A DNA stretch of 64,000 bases from a bacterium (GTDB lineage: Bacteria > SAR324 > XYD2-FULL-50-16 > G965216635): positions 96,001-160,000 of the forward strand of contig OZ244188.1 in assembly GCA_965216635.1 (NCBI GenBank), read 5' to 3'. Made by a program: the position numbers and the translations under genes. The notes beneath the pieces are model-generated. The model searched no databases, was not told where the DNA came from, and saw only the letters and a program-made list of their open reading frames with translations. Shown one piece after another: positions 10,455 through 21,885 of the stretch (positions within the stretch are counted from its first letter, which is position 1; the number at the start of each line of letters is the position of its first letter).

Positions 10455-11990
10455 CTAAGCCAGCGAGGATAAATTCCCTATTAATTTATGGGAATTCGTC
10501 ATCATTAATCCGATTTTTTGAGAAGTTGCGTCTCTTTTAGAAAGCTCCCCTACGATTTCACCGTGAAACATAACCATAATTCTATCACTTAAGGTTAAAA
10601 TTTCGTCTAATTCTGCAGAAACTAATAAAATAGCTTTGCCTTGATTTCTTTGTTCTAATAATTTCTGATGAATGGATTCAATAGCCCCCACATCTACTCC
10701 TCTCGTAGGCTGTCCTATCAAAAGCACTTTAGTATCTTTATTAATTTCGCGGGCTAAAAGTAGTTTTTGTTGATTGCCTCCAGAAAAATTGCTTATTTTT
10801 GCTTCTGGTAAAAGAGGTCTAACATCAAAATTTTTCATATTTTGGATACAGTCCTGCTGGATATTATATTCTCTAAGAAAAAATTTAAGCAAAAATTTTT
10901 TAAACTTATGGTAGCCTAAAAAATTATTTTCTTCAGCACTAAAATCTTTTATTATACCTGTATTTATTCTATCTTCTGGAATATGCACCACTCCTATTTT
11001 TCTAGCTATGCTGGGGTTGTATTTTGAGTTTTGAGTATAGATTTTTCCGTTTATTTTTATTTCCCCCGTTTGAATAGCTGTCATTCCAGACAAAATTTCC
11101 AAAAGTTCACTCTGTCCGTTCCCCGAAACACCTGCGATTCCTAAAATCTCTCCCGCATTCAATCGTAATTCAATATTTTTAAGTCTAGGAATTTGGAAAG
11201 AATCTTCGTAGTTTAAGCCTTTTACATCTAAAAGACACTGAGAGGAAATTTTACTCATTTTGATTTTTGGAGGCTTGATTCCTCTTCCTACCATAAGTTC
11301 TGCCAATTTTTTTGGAGTAGTTTTAGCTGTCTTGAAGGATTGGATAGTGCTACCTTTTCTCATTACGGTCACATTATCGGTAATCCGCATAATTTCTTTT
11401 AATTTGTGAGTAATCAATAAAATAGTGGTTTTTTCTTTTTTTAAAGAAGCTAGGATTTCAAATAGATTATCGGCTTCTTGTGGTGTGAGAACTCCTGTAG
11501 GCTCGTCCAAAATTAAGATATTAGCATTCCGATAAAGAGCTTTAAAAATTTCTATCCTTTGTCTTTCTCCGACAGGTAGCTCTCCTACAGCATCTTTATA
11601 ATTGATAGGAAGTTTATAATTTTTTTCTAGGGTTTTTAATTTTTTGGTGGCTGCTGTGTGATTTTCCTTGAGTAAAAAGCTTTTTTCAGTACCTAAAATA
11701 ACATTTTCTACCGTATTAAAAGTATCTACAAGCTCAAAATGCTGATGCACCATACCGATTCCTAACTCAATAGCATTTTTAGAAGAAGTGATATTAACAG
11801 GTTTATTTTCAATAAAAATCTCGCCACTGTCCGCAGGGTGAAGTCCATAAAGAATATTCATCAAGGTAGATTTACCAGCACCGTTTTCACCTACAATACC
11901 GTGGATAGTTCCTTTTTCTACTTTTAGACAAACATCTTTATTTGCTTGAACTAATCCAAAGGATTTGTTTATATTTTTTAATTCAAGCAT
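10455..11990 (-). CDS. Nucleoside/sugar ABC transporter ATP-binding protein (CUT2 type)
   Basis: GENGAGKSTL, GMVHQHF, LDEPTGVL, SGGNQQK, QPTRGVDVGA. Confidence 0.92.
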   Translation of the reverse strand: MLELKNINKSFGLVQANKDVCLKVEKGTIHGIVGENGAGKSTLMNILYGLHPADSGEIFIENKPVNITSSKNAIELGIGMVHQHFELVDTFNTVENVILGTEKSFLLKENHTAATKKLKTLEKNYKLPINYKDAVGELPVGERQRIEIFKALYRNANILILDEPTGVLTPQEADNLFEILASLKKEKTTILLITHKLKEIMRITDNVTVMRKGSTIQSFKTAKTTPKKLAELMVGRGIKPPKIKMSKISSQCLLDVKGLNYEDSFQIPRLKNIELRLNAGEILGIAGVSGNGQSELLEILSGMTAIQTGEIKINGKIYTQNSKYNPSIARKIGVVHIPEDRINTGIIKDFSAEENNFLGYHKFKKFLLKFFLREYNIQQDCIQNMKNFDVRPLLPEAKISNFSGGNQQKLLLAREINKDTKVLLIGQPTRGVDVGAIESIHQKLLEQRNQGKAILLVSAELDEILTLSDRIMVMFHGEIVGELSKRDATSQKIGLMMTNSHKLIGNLSSLA

Positions 11991-12112
11991 TTTTTAAAGG
12001 AGGTCAGATTGTTATAAAAAAACCCTTCTTTTCTTTTCTTTTAAAGAAGCAAAAAGAAGGGCTAAGTTTTAGAGACACCTAAGCAAGGGCATAAAAGCTT
12101 CCCTGAAACTTT

Positions 12113-13138
12113 TTAGTAGTCGCAAGAATTATTTGTCCTATAATCTACAACTTGGATATCTCCGTCAATAATAGCTTGCTTTGCTTTTTCTACAGTTTCC
12201 CTCATTTCAGAGGTAACCAGATCTAGATTATGCTCGTCTAAAGCCCAATCTACTCCGCCTTCTGCTAATCCTAAAACAAGAACTCCTGATTGCCAAGTGC
12301 CTTCTTTAGCAGATTTCATCGCGTTATAAACAGCTACATCTACTCTTTTAACCATAGAAGTAAGCATAGTGCCGGGATGTAGGTAGTTTTGATTAGAATC
12401 TACCCCAATCGCCAATTTGCTATTATCTTTAGCTGCTTGATAAACACCTACACCAGTTCCACCAGCGGCGGCGTAGACAATATCCGAACCTTTTTCAAAT
12501 TGAGACTTCGCCAATTCGCTACCTCTACTTGGGTTATTCCAAGCAGCCGGTGTATTGCCTGTCATATTAGACACAACTTTGATATTAGGATTGATATATT
12601 TCGCTCCTTGAAAATAACCACAAGCAAAAGCTCTAATCAAAGGAACATCCATACCTCCAACAAAACTAATAATTCCAGTCTTGCTGGATAAAGCAGCTAG
12701 CACTCCCACCAAAAACGAGCCTTCTTCTTCTTTGAAAACAATGGACTGAACATTGGGCTGATCAACCACAGAATCTACAATTGCAAAATAAAGTTCTGGA
12801 TATTTTGCTGCTACTTTATTAATGGCATCAGCTTGAGAAAAACCAATACCCACAATCACATTGCTTTTTCTTTCTGCCATCTTGGCGATGCCTTGCTCTC
12901 TTTGTGCAGGATTGGTTACTTCAAATTCTCTATACTGAATTCCAGTCTCTTCTTTAAATCTTTCCGCTCCATCATAAGCAGACTGATTAAAAGATTTATC
13001 AAACTTACCTCCCAGATCAAAAATAATCGCTGGGACAAAATCATTTTTAGCAGTTTTATTTGAAGTGCTTTTGAATATCAAAACAGCAGACACAACGACA
13101 ACAGCCACTACTACTAAAATTATAATCGGTTTTTTCAT
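12113..13138 (-). CDS. BMP family nucleoside ABC transporter substrate-binding protein
   Basis: GGKFDKSFNQSA, FKEEEGSFLVG, AIGVDSNQN, TSMVKRVD. Confidence 0.92.
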   Translation of the reverse strand: MKKPIIILVVVAVVVVSAVLIFKSTSNKTAKNDFVPAIIFDLGGKFDKSFNQSAYDGAERFKEETGIQYREFEVTNPAQREQGIAKMAERKSNVIVGIGFSQADAINKVAAKYPELYFAIVDSVVDQPNVQSIVFKEEEGSFLVGVLAALSSKTGIISFVGGMDVPLIRAFACGYFQGAKYINPNIKVVSNMTGNTPAAWNNPSRGSELAKSQFEKGSDIVYAAAGGTGVGVYQAAKDNSKLAIGVDSNQNYLHPGTMLTSMVKRVDVAVYNAMKSAKEGTWQSGVLVLGLAEGGVDWALDEHNLDLVTSEMRETVEKAKQAIIDGDIQVVDYRTNNSCDY

Positions 13139-13145
13139 AATATTT

Positions 13146-13487
13146 AGACACCTTTGAATTAGGCATTCTAGTTCGGCAAAACAGGTTTATTGCTTACGGG
13201 ATAGTAAAAGAGCAGTGGCTCTTCTACATTATGAGACCTTTGAATTAGGCAATCTAGTTCGGCTATACTGCGTTGCTCAAGTTTTTTATTTCTCAAAATA
13301 CTCCAGTATTCCTCGTAATAAAAAACTTTCGCTCCTTGTCTAGCTTTCCTATAATGCCTAATTCAAAGATCTCAGTCTTTCTTTGCTAAGTATTAGCTTT
13401 CGTAGTTTTTTTCACTACACCATTTTAAAAAATCCTCGTTATAAAAACCTTGAGCACCGTGTCTAGCTACCTAATTTAAAGGTCTCA
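13146..13487. mobile_element. Cluster of 2-3 adjacent MITE-like repeat copies
   Basis: CCTTTGAATTAGGCATTCTAGTTCGGC near 13151; complete unit GAGACCTTTGAATTAGGCA...TGCCTAATTCAAAGATCTC 13233-13373; another right end CCTAATTTAAAGGTCTC near 13470-13486. Confidence 0.75.
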
Positions 13488-13738
13488 TTATATACTGTAG
13501 TTTAATATTCTCAATTTTCAAGAATATTTTATTTCAATATAATGGAATTTTTTTATCAAAAAATCAAGTTTTAAAATTATTATTTTTTAAAAAAAGGTTT
13601 TTTTTAAAAAATAAAGGTTGTTTCTTAACTAAAAATAGTTCAAACTTTGCCTATATTTAAGTTTGTTCGGGGATTTTATAGCATTTTAGAAAAAATTCCC
13701 TCCAAAAACAACCAAAAACAAGCAAACTAAAAAAAAAA

Positions 13739-13767
13739 TTGATTGTTTTTATTTTTTTAGTTATTCT
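13739..13767 (+). promoter_or_regulatory. Putative sigma70 promoter of the 13804 surface-protein gene
   Basis: TTGATT-17 bp-TATTCT; resembles the upstream sequence of the 52-58 kb paralogs. Confidence 0.4.
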
Positions 13768-13803
13768 TTATAGAAATCAAACAAATTAAACCAAAAAAAG
13801 ACT

Positions 13804-15063
13804 ATGGAATTTCAAAAAATTATGCAAACAAAAGAAATTGTGAAATCAAGCAAAATAACGCTGGCAATTTTAGCTTCGCTTTCGTGCTTGGTTTTACTTT
13901 TTGCGGGAGTAAATAATCTGCAAGCCCAAGAAGCAAGACAGCAAGGTTGGTCTATCGGGGTTAGTCCCTTTTATCTAGGTGCTAAAATAAAAACCACTAC
14001 AGAAAACACCACTCTTACAGAAGAAGTAACAACACGCACCAGAACATTCGTTACCGCAGACATAGAATTCACTGCGAGCACCACCAGTACATTCACTTCA
14101 ATGGACGCAACAACAGGTGCAGAGGTTGTATTATCTGATCTTAGTATAGGAAGTTACAGTTCCAATCACGACGCAACAGCAATAAAAGCTGTATTGGATA
14201 TTTGTGACGATGGTAGCTATAATGATACTGATAAGGTGGGAAGATATCGTGCTTATCACTTTGACGCAAATGATAATGCTATTCCACTCGCTACAGACAA
14301 CACAGATGACGCTGCCTGTTTCAAGCACTTCCAAGGGCTTGCATCCTCTTTTAGTGATTTAACAGGAACATCTGTAGAGTTTGATCTATCGCGTTCCGTT
14401 AGCAGCGAAAATACCAGTTTAGCAGGTAACGGATTGCAACTAGGCTACGACTTTGAAAAGTTTCGTGTTTCTTTGAGCCTACACCAATGGAGTGCGGGAG
14501 ATAACAAGCTGGATAGTCAAATTGTACTAGTGGATTGGCACCTGCCCTACGGGCTTTATGCAGGAGCTGGTTTAGCCCAAGCCAAGCTAGAGACTGTGCT
14601 AGGCTCGGCTTCAAAAATAGCCCCCGCCGTTCATTTTGGCTATAAGCGAAATTTTAGCAAAAACTTTTCCATAGAAGCGGGACTGCTGTGGGTGGGGGCA
14701 AAGCTCTCTGTAAAACAGACCAATGCAGCACCATTACCAACAACAAGATTAGTAGCAGAGCCGCTACCGCCTCCTATTACCGACTCTGTATTGGTAGGAA
14801 GTGCATTATCATTACCAGCTCCCAATATTTCCGCACTTGTTTTTGTGGATAATAGACACAATTCTCATGGAGGTGTAGCAGTTGGAGTCTCTACGGTAAA
14901 AGATAGAAGAATACTAGTAGAAGGAACAGTAACTCCAACTTATGCCACAGAAGTGCAAATAGAAACAGAAACTTACAACAGACCACCTGTGCCTACAAAA
15001 ACAACGATAGAAGTAGAAGCACCAGCCTCCCTTTTTATTCGCTTCGTCTATCTCTTCAAGTAG
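13804..15063 (+). CDS. Predicted outer-membrane beta-barrel surface protein with two long Thr-rich loop insertions; distant paralog of the 52-58 kb family
   Basis: Signal peptide ending NLQA; strands GWSIGVSPFYLG, GNGLQLGYDF, LYAGAGLA, HFGYKRNF, C-terminal LFIRFVYLF; Cys pair in first insertion. Confidence 0.7.
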   Translation: MEFQKIMQTKEIVKSSKITLAILASLSCLVLLFAGVNNLQAQEARQQGWSIGVSPFYLGAKIKTTTENTTLTEEVTTRTRTFVTADIEFTASTTSTFTSMDATTGAEVVLSDLSIGSYSSNHDATAIKAVLDICDDGSYNDTDKVGRYRAYHFDANDNAIPLATDNTDDAACFKHFQGLASSFSDLTGTSVEFDLSRSVSSENTSLAGNGLQLGYDFEKFRVSLSLHQWSAGDNKLDSQIVLVDWHLPYGLYAGAGLAQAKLETVLGSASKIAPAVHFGYKRNFSKNFSIEAGLLWVGAKLSVKQTNAAPLPTTRLVAEPLPPPITDSVLVGSALSLPAPNISALVFVDNRHNSHGGVAVGVSTVKDRRILVEGTVTPTYATEVQIETETYNRPPVPTKTTIEVEAPASLFIRFVYLFK

Positions 15064-15069
15064 AGATAA

Positions 15070-15098
15070 AAACTCCCGCAAATCAAAGTCGGGAGTTT
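15070..15098 (+). terminator. Hairpin/possible terminator after the 13804 gene
   Basis: AAACTCCCG...CGGGAGTTT inverted repeat just after the stop. Confidence 0.5.
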
Positions 15099-15223
15099 CT
15101 CTAGTCTGTTCTTGGACTAAAACCGAGCCTCTTTTGTAGACCCAAAGCAGTAACCGAAAATTTTCCCCCACTATTGGGGCTAGTTTCAACGTTGCATTCA
15201 AAAGTCTATGTTATTCAAAGATC

Positions 15224-16942
15224 TCATTGTTTTTTATAGATAATAATTTTCTGAGAGGAGTTTTTAAGAAGTTGTGGGAATTTCATTGTCAAAAAACTAT
15301 CTACTTGGATAGTGGCTTCTTTTTGCAACTTTATTTGAAATGTTTCTTCTAATTTTCGCACTCTGCTAGTAAGCCTTTCGTCACTTAGCAAAATAAAATA
15401 ATTCGGAGCAGGTTTTTTTATTAGAGTTCTCTGTTTTTTAGGAGTGATTTTTATTTCTTGCTGCAGAAAAAATATAGCGTTAAAAGTTTTTTTGATTCTT
15501 TGCATTTGCTCCGCTAATTTTTGCCCATCGACTGTACTAGAACTATAAAGGATAGAATCGGGTGAGCCAGAATAGGGAGAACCAGAATCTAGAGAGCCAG
15601 AATAGGGAGAACCAGAATCTAGAGAGCCAGAATAAGGAGAGGTTTCTGGCGATTCTAATCTATAAACTGGTTTGTTTTGGTATAGATAATAAAGAGGTAA
15701 ATGAGGGATTTCTGCTTTGTTGTTTTCTATAGCTATAGCGTTTATATCCTTTTTGGAGTTTAAGTAATAAAATGTTTCTACGAGGGGCTCTTTGCTATAA
15801 TAAAAAAGACTGATAGTAAGCAGAAAACTATTGATGAGCCAAAACCAAATCCAAGCGATTTTGAAAAGAATATTCTTAAATTTTTTGTAGTCTAATTTTT
15901 TAGGGGCAAATTTCTCCTCGCCAGCCGCTCTTTTCCATTCTTGCCACCCCATAACTCCAAAAATAATTAAGAAAGGCACTACGGGTAAAATGAATCTTTC
16001 TTGTTTGTTAGCAAAAATGGAATGAAGCAAGATAAAAAGTAATAAACTCAATATAGAAAGTGAGTATTTTTTTGCTATTTTCATTATGCCTCCTGCGAAA
16101 ATCAAACTTGTGGGGAAAATAAAAGCAACTAGTAGCAAAGCAAGGTAGCTATACCAAGGAGCTACAATATATTCAAAACGATTGGCTATATTAAAAAGGC
16201 TGTACTGGATAATAGAAGCAAAGGGAAACCCGTAGACTATCCAATCTAAAATTCCCATGGTTATAAATAAAGAAATGCATGTATAGCCTAGTAAGGTGAA
16301 AGCTTTTTTAAATTGTTTTTGGTAAAGCAAAACAAATCCTACTCCTATCCCAAAAATAAAAGTTTGAAAACGAAGGGTGAAAGCTAAGGCAAAGAAAAAG
16401 CTAGCTAATAAAAGATAACGTTGATTGTAAGCTTCAGATTCTATCTTGTGGCTGTAATACATAGCGATCAACAGGGGAGGAATACAGGCAGTTTCTACAA
16501 AGGAGTGTACCGAAAATACAGGTAGCACCCAAAAGAAAGAAAGCAAAATAGCTACAAGAAGAGCGTCTTTTTGTTTGTGAGTAAGGTAATAAGTGATTTT
16601 ATAGGAAAAAACTATCGCAAGCATAGAATAAAGAGCGTGTAGAAAACGCACAATAAACATTTGCTGCTGTGGGTCTTTTAAAGATAGTGCGTCTAAAAAA
16701 GCTAAAATACTGTAGTGCAAAATTGTATAGAGTTGATTTCTCCAAGCACCAGATTTATCAGCAAAAAATTCGGTTTGTCCCGAAAGCCATTGATATGCTG
16801 TTTCTATGGGAATGAAATGATCGTCGTGGGTGAGGTAGCCTTTGGAAAAAATAGCAGCTATAAATCTTACAAAAAAAGCAGCTAGCAGAACCCACACAAG
16901 AGGAGAAATGGATTGCTGAGTAGTATTTTTAGGGGGTATCAA
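15224..16942 (-). CDS. Membrane glycosyltransferase, GT-C fold (Alg9/PigB-like mannosyltransferase family)
   Basis: Many TM helices, acidic HDDHF after TM1, KQERFILP motif; in-frame SPYSGSLDSG repeat insert. Confidence 0.7.
   Translation of the reverse strand: MIPPKNTTQQSISPLVWVLLAAFFVRFIAAIFSKGYLTHDDHFIPIETAYQWLSGQTEFFADKSGAWRNQLYTILHYSILAFLDALSLKDPQQQMFIVRFLHALYSMLAIVFSYKITYYLTHKQKDALLVAILLSFFWVLPVFSVHSFVETACIPPLLIAMYYSHKIESEAYNQRYLLLASFFFALAFTLRFQTFIFGIGVGFVLLYQKQFKKAFTLLGYTCISLFITMGILDWIVYGFPFASIIQYSLFNIANRFEYIVAPWYSYLALLLVAFIFPTSLIFAGGIMKIAKKYSLSILSLLLFILLHSIFANKQERFILPVVPFLIIFGVMGWQEWKRAAGEEKFAPKKLDYKKFKNILFKIAWIWFWLINSFLLTISLFYYSKEPLVETFYYLNSKKDINAIAIENNKAEIPHLPLYYLYQNKPVYRLESPETSPYSGSLDSGSPYSGSLDSGSPYSGSPDSILYSSSTVDGQKLAEQMQRIKKTFNAIFFLQQEIKITPKKQRTLIKKPAPNYFILLSDERLTSRVRKLEETFQIKLQKEATIQVDSFLTMKFPQLLKNSSQKIIIYKKQ
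15564..15640 (-). repeat. 30-bp in-frame tandem repeat (about x3) in the glycosyltransferase
   Basis: GAGCCAGAATAGGGAGAACCAGAATCTAGA units encoding SPYSGSLDSG. Confidence 0.85.
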
Positions 16943-17943
16943 ATGTCAAAAAAATTTTTAGATTGAGATAAGTGTTTTTTGCCTTTTTCAGTAATAATCC
17001 TGCCTCTAGTGGTTCTTTGTAAAAACCCACTCCGTACTAAAAAAGGTTCTACATAGTTTTCTATAGTATCCACTTCTTCTGCGAGTATTGAGCAAAGATT
17101 GGCTATACCTACAGGTCCCCCTTGATAGACTTCTGCTATGGTCTGCAGCATTTTTTGATTGAAGCTATCCAATCCCTTGCTATCAATTTGTAATTCCTTC
17201 AGAGCTAGCTTGGTGACTTCTAAATCTATTTTCTCTTTTTTTGCTACAAAAGCAAAATCGGCTATTCTTTTCAGTAATCGGTTGGCTATACGGGGAGTGC
17301 CTCTTGCTCTATTTCCTATTTCTATCGCAGATTTTTCGTCTAGTTTCAAATTTAAAATATTGGCTGAACGGGCAACTATACAACTCAAATCTTGAGGACT
17401 ATAAAAATCTAAATGAAAAGTAATACCAAATCTGTCTCTCAAAGGAGAGCTCAAAAGACCTACCCTTGTAGTAGCTCCTACCAGAGTGAAATTTTGTAAA
17501 TCTACTCTTATGGTCTTCGCTCCAACACCTTTCCCTATTATAATATCCAAACGAAAATCTTCTAAAGCAGTATAAAGTATTTCTTCTACGGCTTTATTCA
17601 TACGGTGAATTTCGTCAATGAAAAAAATTTGCTTGGATTCTAATGAGGTTAAAATAGCAGCTAAATCTCCTTGTTTTTCAAGAATAGGACCCGAAGTGTT
17701 TAATATGGGGTTTCGTAATTCTTTAGCAACAATTTCTGCTAAAGAAGTTTTCCCAAGCCCAGGAGGCCCGCTGATAAGAATGTGATCTAGATTTTTTTGC
17801 TGACTAGAGGCTGCTTGAATAAAAACTTTTAAGTTTTTTTTTAAATTTGTCTGTCCTATAAAATCGTCTAAAGACTGGGGTCTTAAACTCGCCTCACTAG
17901 AATCATATTGATTGAAATTGGTAGCTGATTTGCCCATAATCAA
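16939..17943 (-). CDS. ruvB: Holliday junction branch migration helicase RuvB
   Basis: LRPQSLDDFIGQ, GPPGLGKT, FIDEIHR, GATTR, RGTPRIANRLL. Confidence 0.97.
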   Translation of the reverse strand: MIMGKSATNFNQYDSSEASLRPQSLDDFIGQTNLKKNLKVFIQAASSQQKNLDHILISGPPGLGKTSLAEIVAKELRNPILNTSGPILEKQGDLAAILTSLESKQIFFIDEIHRMNKAVEEILYTALEDFRLDIIIGKGVGAKTIRVDLQNFTLVGATTRVGLLSSPLRDRFGITFHLDFYSPQDLSCIVARSANILNLKLDEKSAIEIGNRARGTPRIANRLLKRIADFAFVAKKEKIDLEVTKLALKELQIDSKGLDSFNQKMLQTIAEVYQGGPVGIANLCSILAEEVDTIENYVEPFLVRSGFLQRTTRGRIITEKGKKHLSQSKNFFDI

Positions 17944-17959
17944 AAACTTCTTACAGCTA

Positions 17960-18230
17960 GAGACGTTAAATCAGGCATCATAGAAAGCTAGCCGAATGGT
18001 TAGAACAGGCGCGAAAAAAATTTTTAGCTCGCTAAAATATCGTCTGAGCGAAATGCTACGAGATTTAATTCTTAGCCCAAATGAAATGTAAAAGGAGCGA
18101 AAAGCATTTTTACTATAGCCCTTAGGAAATAGCCCTAGGAAATAAATAGCAATAAAAAAAGTATTTCAAATGACAAAAAAAAAATTTTAACGCCGTATAG
18201 CCAAACTAGAATGTCTAATTCAACAGTCTC
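17960..18230 (+). mobile_element. Divergent MITE-like repeat copy with CTAG at both ends
   Basis: CTAGAGACGTTAAATCAGGCAT ... ATGTCTAATTCAACAGTCTC-CTAG; internal GCTAGCCGAATGGTTAGAACAGGCGCGAAAAAAATTTTTAGCTCG module. Confidence 0.75.
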
Positions 18231-18238
18231 CTAGGTTT

Positions 18239-20014
18239 TTATTCGTAAAAATTTACTAGGTGTTTAGTCCGCATAGGATGCCTTAATTTGCGAAGTGCCT
18301 TTGCCTCAATCTGACGGATTCTTTCTCTAGTAACATCAAAATCCTGTCCTACTTCTTCTAAGGTATGGTCTTTCTTTTCGTCAATTCCAAATCGCATCTT
18401 TAAGACTTTTTCTTCTCTGGGAGTCAGGGTGCCTAGGACTTTATGAATAGCATCACTGAGATAAACGTCGGATACTATCTCTGAAGGAAGTTGCAATTTT
18501 CTATCTGGTATGAAATCTCCCAATGAAGAATTTTCTTCATCTCCTACTGGAGCTTCCAAAGAAATAGGCTCTTTAGCTATTTTTAGAATTTTGTGAATTT
18601 TAGCTATCGGTAAATCCATATGCTCTGCAAGCTCATCAGGGAAAGGCTCTCTACCATATTTTTGGAATAAAGTTCGGTTGAGTCTGTTGAGTTTGTTGAT
18701 AGTCTCTAGCATATGCACTGGAATGCGAATCGTCTTCGCTTGGTCTGCGATAGCACGGGTAATAGATTGCCTAATCCACCATGTAGCATAAGTAGAAAAT
18801 TTATAACCTCTACGATATTCAAATTTATCTACTGCTCTCATTAAGCCAAGATTTCCTTCTTGAATAAGATCCAAAAATTGCAACCCACGATTCATGTAGC
18901 GTTTTGCTAGACTAATGACTAGTCGTAAATTAGCTTCTATCAACTTATTTTTAGCTCTATTAATTTGGTTTTGAGTTCTTCTTAAGACTTTAATTGTAGT
19001 TCTAAATTCTTCTAGTGAGCCATCTGTTTCTTGTAATAATCTAGCAATTTTTTTTTGTCCCATAGCAATTTTTTCAAAATACCTGCGAATAGTAGTAAAA
19101 CTATTAGAAGTGAGCTGACTGACTTCTGAACGAATACGAAAAAATTTCTTTTCATTTCTCTTTTTTTTACTCTCCAACCATTCTTTTGTAAGTTCTAAAG
19201 GAATAGCTAAATTTCTTTGATGGCGGCTATTTTGAAAAATAACTTTATCAATTTGTTCGTTGTGTTCTAAAATGATACTAAAGAGTTTCTCTATTTTCTT
19301 TGTATTAAAATTGACTAGCCTTAAAACTTTCAAAATTTGTTGCTCTAATTCTTCTTTTTCTAGTTTTAAAGCCTCTGCTTTAGAGTAAGGATAATTGGCT
19401 ATCTTTTTAGTTATAGCTTGTTTTTGATTAAAAATTTCTTTTGCTTGTGACAATTTTTTATGAAGTTGTTCTAAAGCCTTATTTTCTTCTTCTATTACAT
19501 TGTCGTCTTCGTCTAAACCAGATACTACTTCTCTGACTTTCATTTCAGAATTTTCCAATTTATCAATTAAAGAAAATAAATATTTCAAAACTAAATTGGA
19601 GCGGAGCAAAACATTCAACATCTGTTGTTGACCGTCTTCTATCTTTCTAGCGGTTTCTACTTCTTCTTCCCTTGTAAGTAACGGAATAGCGCCCATTTCT
19701 TTGAGATAGATTTTCACAGGGTCTTCTATTTTTTTCTTTTCTTGCTCTGTGTTTTTAGTTTGTGTTTCTTTGTGAAAAGAAGTAGTGAATTCGTCCTCTA
19801 AACTAGAAAATAAAGAAGTCTCCACAACTTCTATATTTTTTTTAGCCAAAGTTACATAAATAGATTCGGTTTGGCTTTCACTTAGATCATTGCCTAGTAA
19901 TCTATTCAATTCATTGCTATCAATCACACCTTCTTTTGCTTTTGCAATATCTAGTGCTTTTTTGATAATTTGCTTTACAAGTTTTGGTTGTGATTTTTGT
20001 GTTTTTTTGCTCAT
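18239..20014 (-). CDS. rpoD: RNA polymerase primary sigma factor
   Basis: [66 protein letters not shown]. Confidence 0.98.
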   Translation of the reverse strand: MSKKTQKSQPKLVKQIIKKALDIAKAKEGVIDSNELNRLLGNDLSESQTESIYVTLAKKNIEVVETSLFSSLEDEFTTSFHKETQTKNTEQEKKKIEDPVKIYLKEMGAIPLLTREEEVETARKIEDGQQQMLNVLLRSNLVLKYLFSLIDKLENSEMKVREVVSGLDEDDNVIEEENKALEQLHKKLSQAKEIFNQKQAITKKIANYPYSKAEALKLEKEELEQQILKVLRLVNFNTKKIEKLFSIILEHNEQIDKVIFQNSRHQRNLAIPLELTKEWLESKKKRNEKKFFRIRSEVSQLTSNSFTTIRRYFEKIAMGQKKIARLLQETDGSLEEFRTTIKVLRRTQNQINRAKNKLIEANLRLVISLAKRYMNRGLQFLDLIQEGNLGLMRAVDKFEYRRGYKFSTYATWWIRQSITRAIADQAKTIRIPVHMLETINKLNRLNRTLFQKYGREPFPDELAEHMDLPIAKIHKILKIAKEPISLEAPVGDEENSSLGDFIPDRKLQLPSEIVSDVYLSDAIHKVLGTLTPREEKVLKMRFGIDEKKDHTLEEVGQDFDVTRERIRQIEAKALRKLRHPMRTKHLVNFYE

Positions 20015-20015
20015 A

Positions 20016-21866
20016 TTATGGTTTAAAATTAGATTGAAAAAAAATTCTTTTGTTTTTTAAATTTTGAATTAAGTGCTTCATATCTTCCAATTGTAACTTA
20101 TACAACTGCCACTGTTCTTTTTGCTTATCTGTTGAAAGATAAAGAGATTCTTTACTAAACCTCTGATAAATAACATCTTTTTTTAGTTCATAAATCCATT
20201 TTTCTAGCCAAAAAATTTCTGATAGATTTTCAGGTAAAACTTTTATACAAAATAAAATCTCACTGACGATCTCCTTATCATCACAAAAGAATTGCAAAAA
20301 ATCCGCCAGAGTGCAACTTGCAATTTCTTCATCTTGCATAGAAAATAGCCTTTGCATCAATCTTTGCAGCGGCTCGCTAGAAAAATCTTGGTATTGTAGA
20401 TATTTCCTTAAAGTAGGAAAATATTTAGGACTTTTTAAAACAAAGCCTGCTATTTTCTCTTCTTTTTTATATATTCTTTGCTCCCCTGAAGAAACAGCAG
20501 CATAGCTAACCAAAGACGAAGGAATAGATGAACTATTATTCTCAGATGCAGAAACTTTAAATGTAGCGGTATTTTTTCTGCGCTCTAAACGACTCTGTTC
20601 TGTTTTTTTTTGCCAAGTCTGTTTTTGAAGGGCGTTTAAGTCTATTTTAAAATAGCTAGCTACTTCATTAAGAAATATTTTTTGTTTATTTTCTCCGCCT
20701 AATTCAGCCGCTAATTCCAAAAGTTCCTTTAAAATACCGTCTTTGGCGGATATATCTTTTGTCTTTTCAAACCTTTTTTTCTCGTGTTCTAAAATACAAA
20801 ACAAAATAGAAGTAGCATTTTCTAATGCTTTTTCCATTTCGCAACTCGGCTGCTCTTTTAAGAATTCATCAGGGTCTTTGCCTAGGGGTAAAAAAGAAAT
20901 TTTTGCTTCTACTCCATACTGTAAGGCAAGACGGGCGGCTCTCATACTAGCTTTTAGTCCAGCACCATCTGCATCAAATAAAAAAATAACTTCGCCGTAA
21001 TTCTGCTTGAGTTTTTCTATGTGTTTATGAGTTAAGGCAGTTCCAGCAACTGCTAAAGTTTCTTCAAAGCCTGCTTCGTGCATTCTCAACACATCCGTAT
21101 AGCCTTCCACCACAATAGTTCTTTTTTTTTTTGCAATTGCTTCTTTAGCTTGAAAAAGTCCATAAAAGAAAGAATTTTTTTGAAAAAGCTCTATCTCTGG
21201 AGAATTGAGATATTTAGGAATATTATCTTCAGAAATAGACCTGCCCGCAAAACCTACTAAAGCTCCTTGGTAATCTCTAAAGGGAAACATAATTCTACCT
21301 CTAAAAAAGTCGTAATAATTGCCCTTTTTTTCTGATTTTTTTACCAATCCCGCTTTTTCCAATTCGCTTAAAGATGGAGGATTGAAATTTTTTAGTAATG
21401 CATTCCAACTCTCTGGTGCATAACCAATTTCAAATTTTTTTAAAGTATGATTTTTAAAATTTCTCTGTGCTAAATATTTTCTTGGAGGAGAAGAATCTAC
21501 TGATTTTTTCCATTGTTTAGCAAAAAAAACTTGGGCTTCTTCTAAAAATTTTCGTGTGGGATGAAAAACTTTTTTTTCTTTCCTTAAACTGATTCCCTGC
21601 AAAGCAGCAAGTTTTTCTACAGCTTCTAAAAAAGTTAAATTGCCGTTTTCTATCAAAAATTTAATAGCATCTCCGTGTGCTCCACAACCAAAACAATGAT
21701 AAAAGCCTTTTAAGGCATCTACATGAAAAGAAGGAGTTTTTTCACTGTGAAAAGGACAGAGTCCGCTGTAAGTTTTTCCTCTTTTTTTGAGTAAAACATA
21801 CTGACCCACTAAAGAAACTAAATCCGTTTTTTGAGCTATCGTTCTTATTTGCTCCCTAGGGTACAT
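20016..21866 (-). CDS. dnaG: DNA primase
   Basis: Zn finger [11 protein letters not shown]...[25 protein letters not shown]. Confidence 0.97.
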   Translation of the reverse strand: MYPREQIRTIAQKTDLVSLVGQYVLLKKRGKTYSGLCPFHSEKTPSFHVDALKGFYHCFGCGAHGDAIKFLIENGNLTFLEAVEKLAALQGISLRKEKKVFHPTRKFLEEAQVFFAKQWKKSVDSSPPRKYLAQRNFKNHTLKKFEIGYAPESWNALLKNFNPPSLSELEKAGLVKKSEKKGNYYDFFRGRIMFPFRDYQGALVGFAGRSISEDNIPKYLNSPEIELFQKNSFFYGLFQAKEAIAKKKRTIVVEGYTDVLRMHEAGFEETLAVAGTALTHKHIEKLKQNYGEVIFLFDADGAGLKASMRAARLALQYGVEAKISFLPLGKDPDEFLKEQPSCEMEKALENATSILFCILEHEKKRFEKTKDISAKDGILKELLELAAELGGENKQKIFLNEVASYFKIDLNALQKQTWQKKTEQSRLERRKNTATFKVSASENNSSSIPSSLVSYAAVSSGEQRIYKKEEKIAGFVLKSPKYFPTLRKYLQYQDFSSEPLQRLMQRLFSMQDEEIASCTLADFLQFFCDDKEIVSEILFCIKVLPENLSEIFWLEKWIYELKKDVIYQRFSKESLYLSTDKQKEQWQLYKLQLEDMKHLIQNLKNKRIFFQSNFKP

Positions 21867-21885
21867 ATTTAATATACAAAAATTG

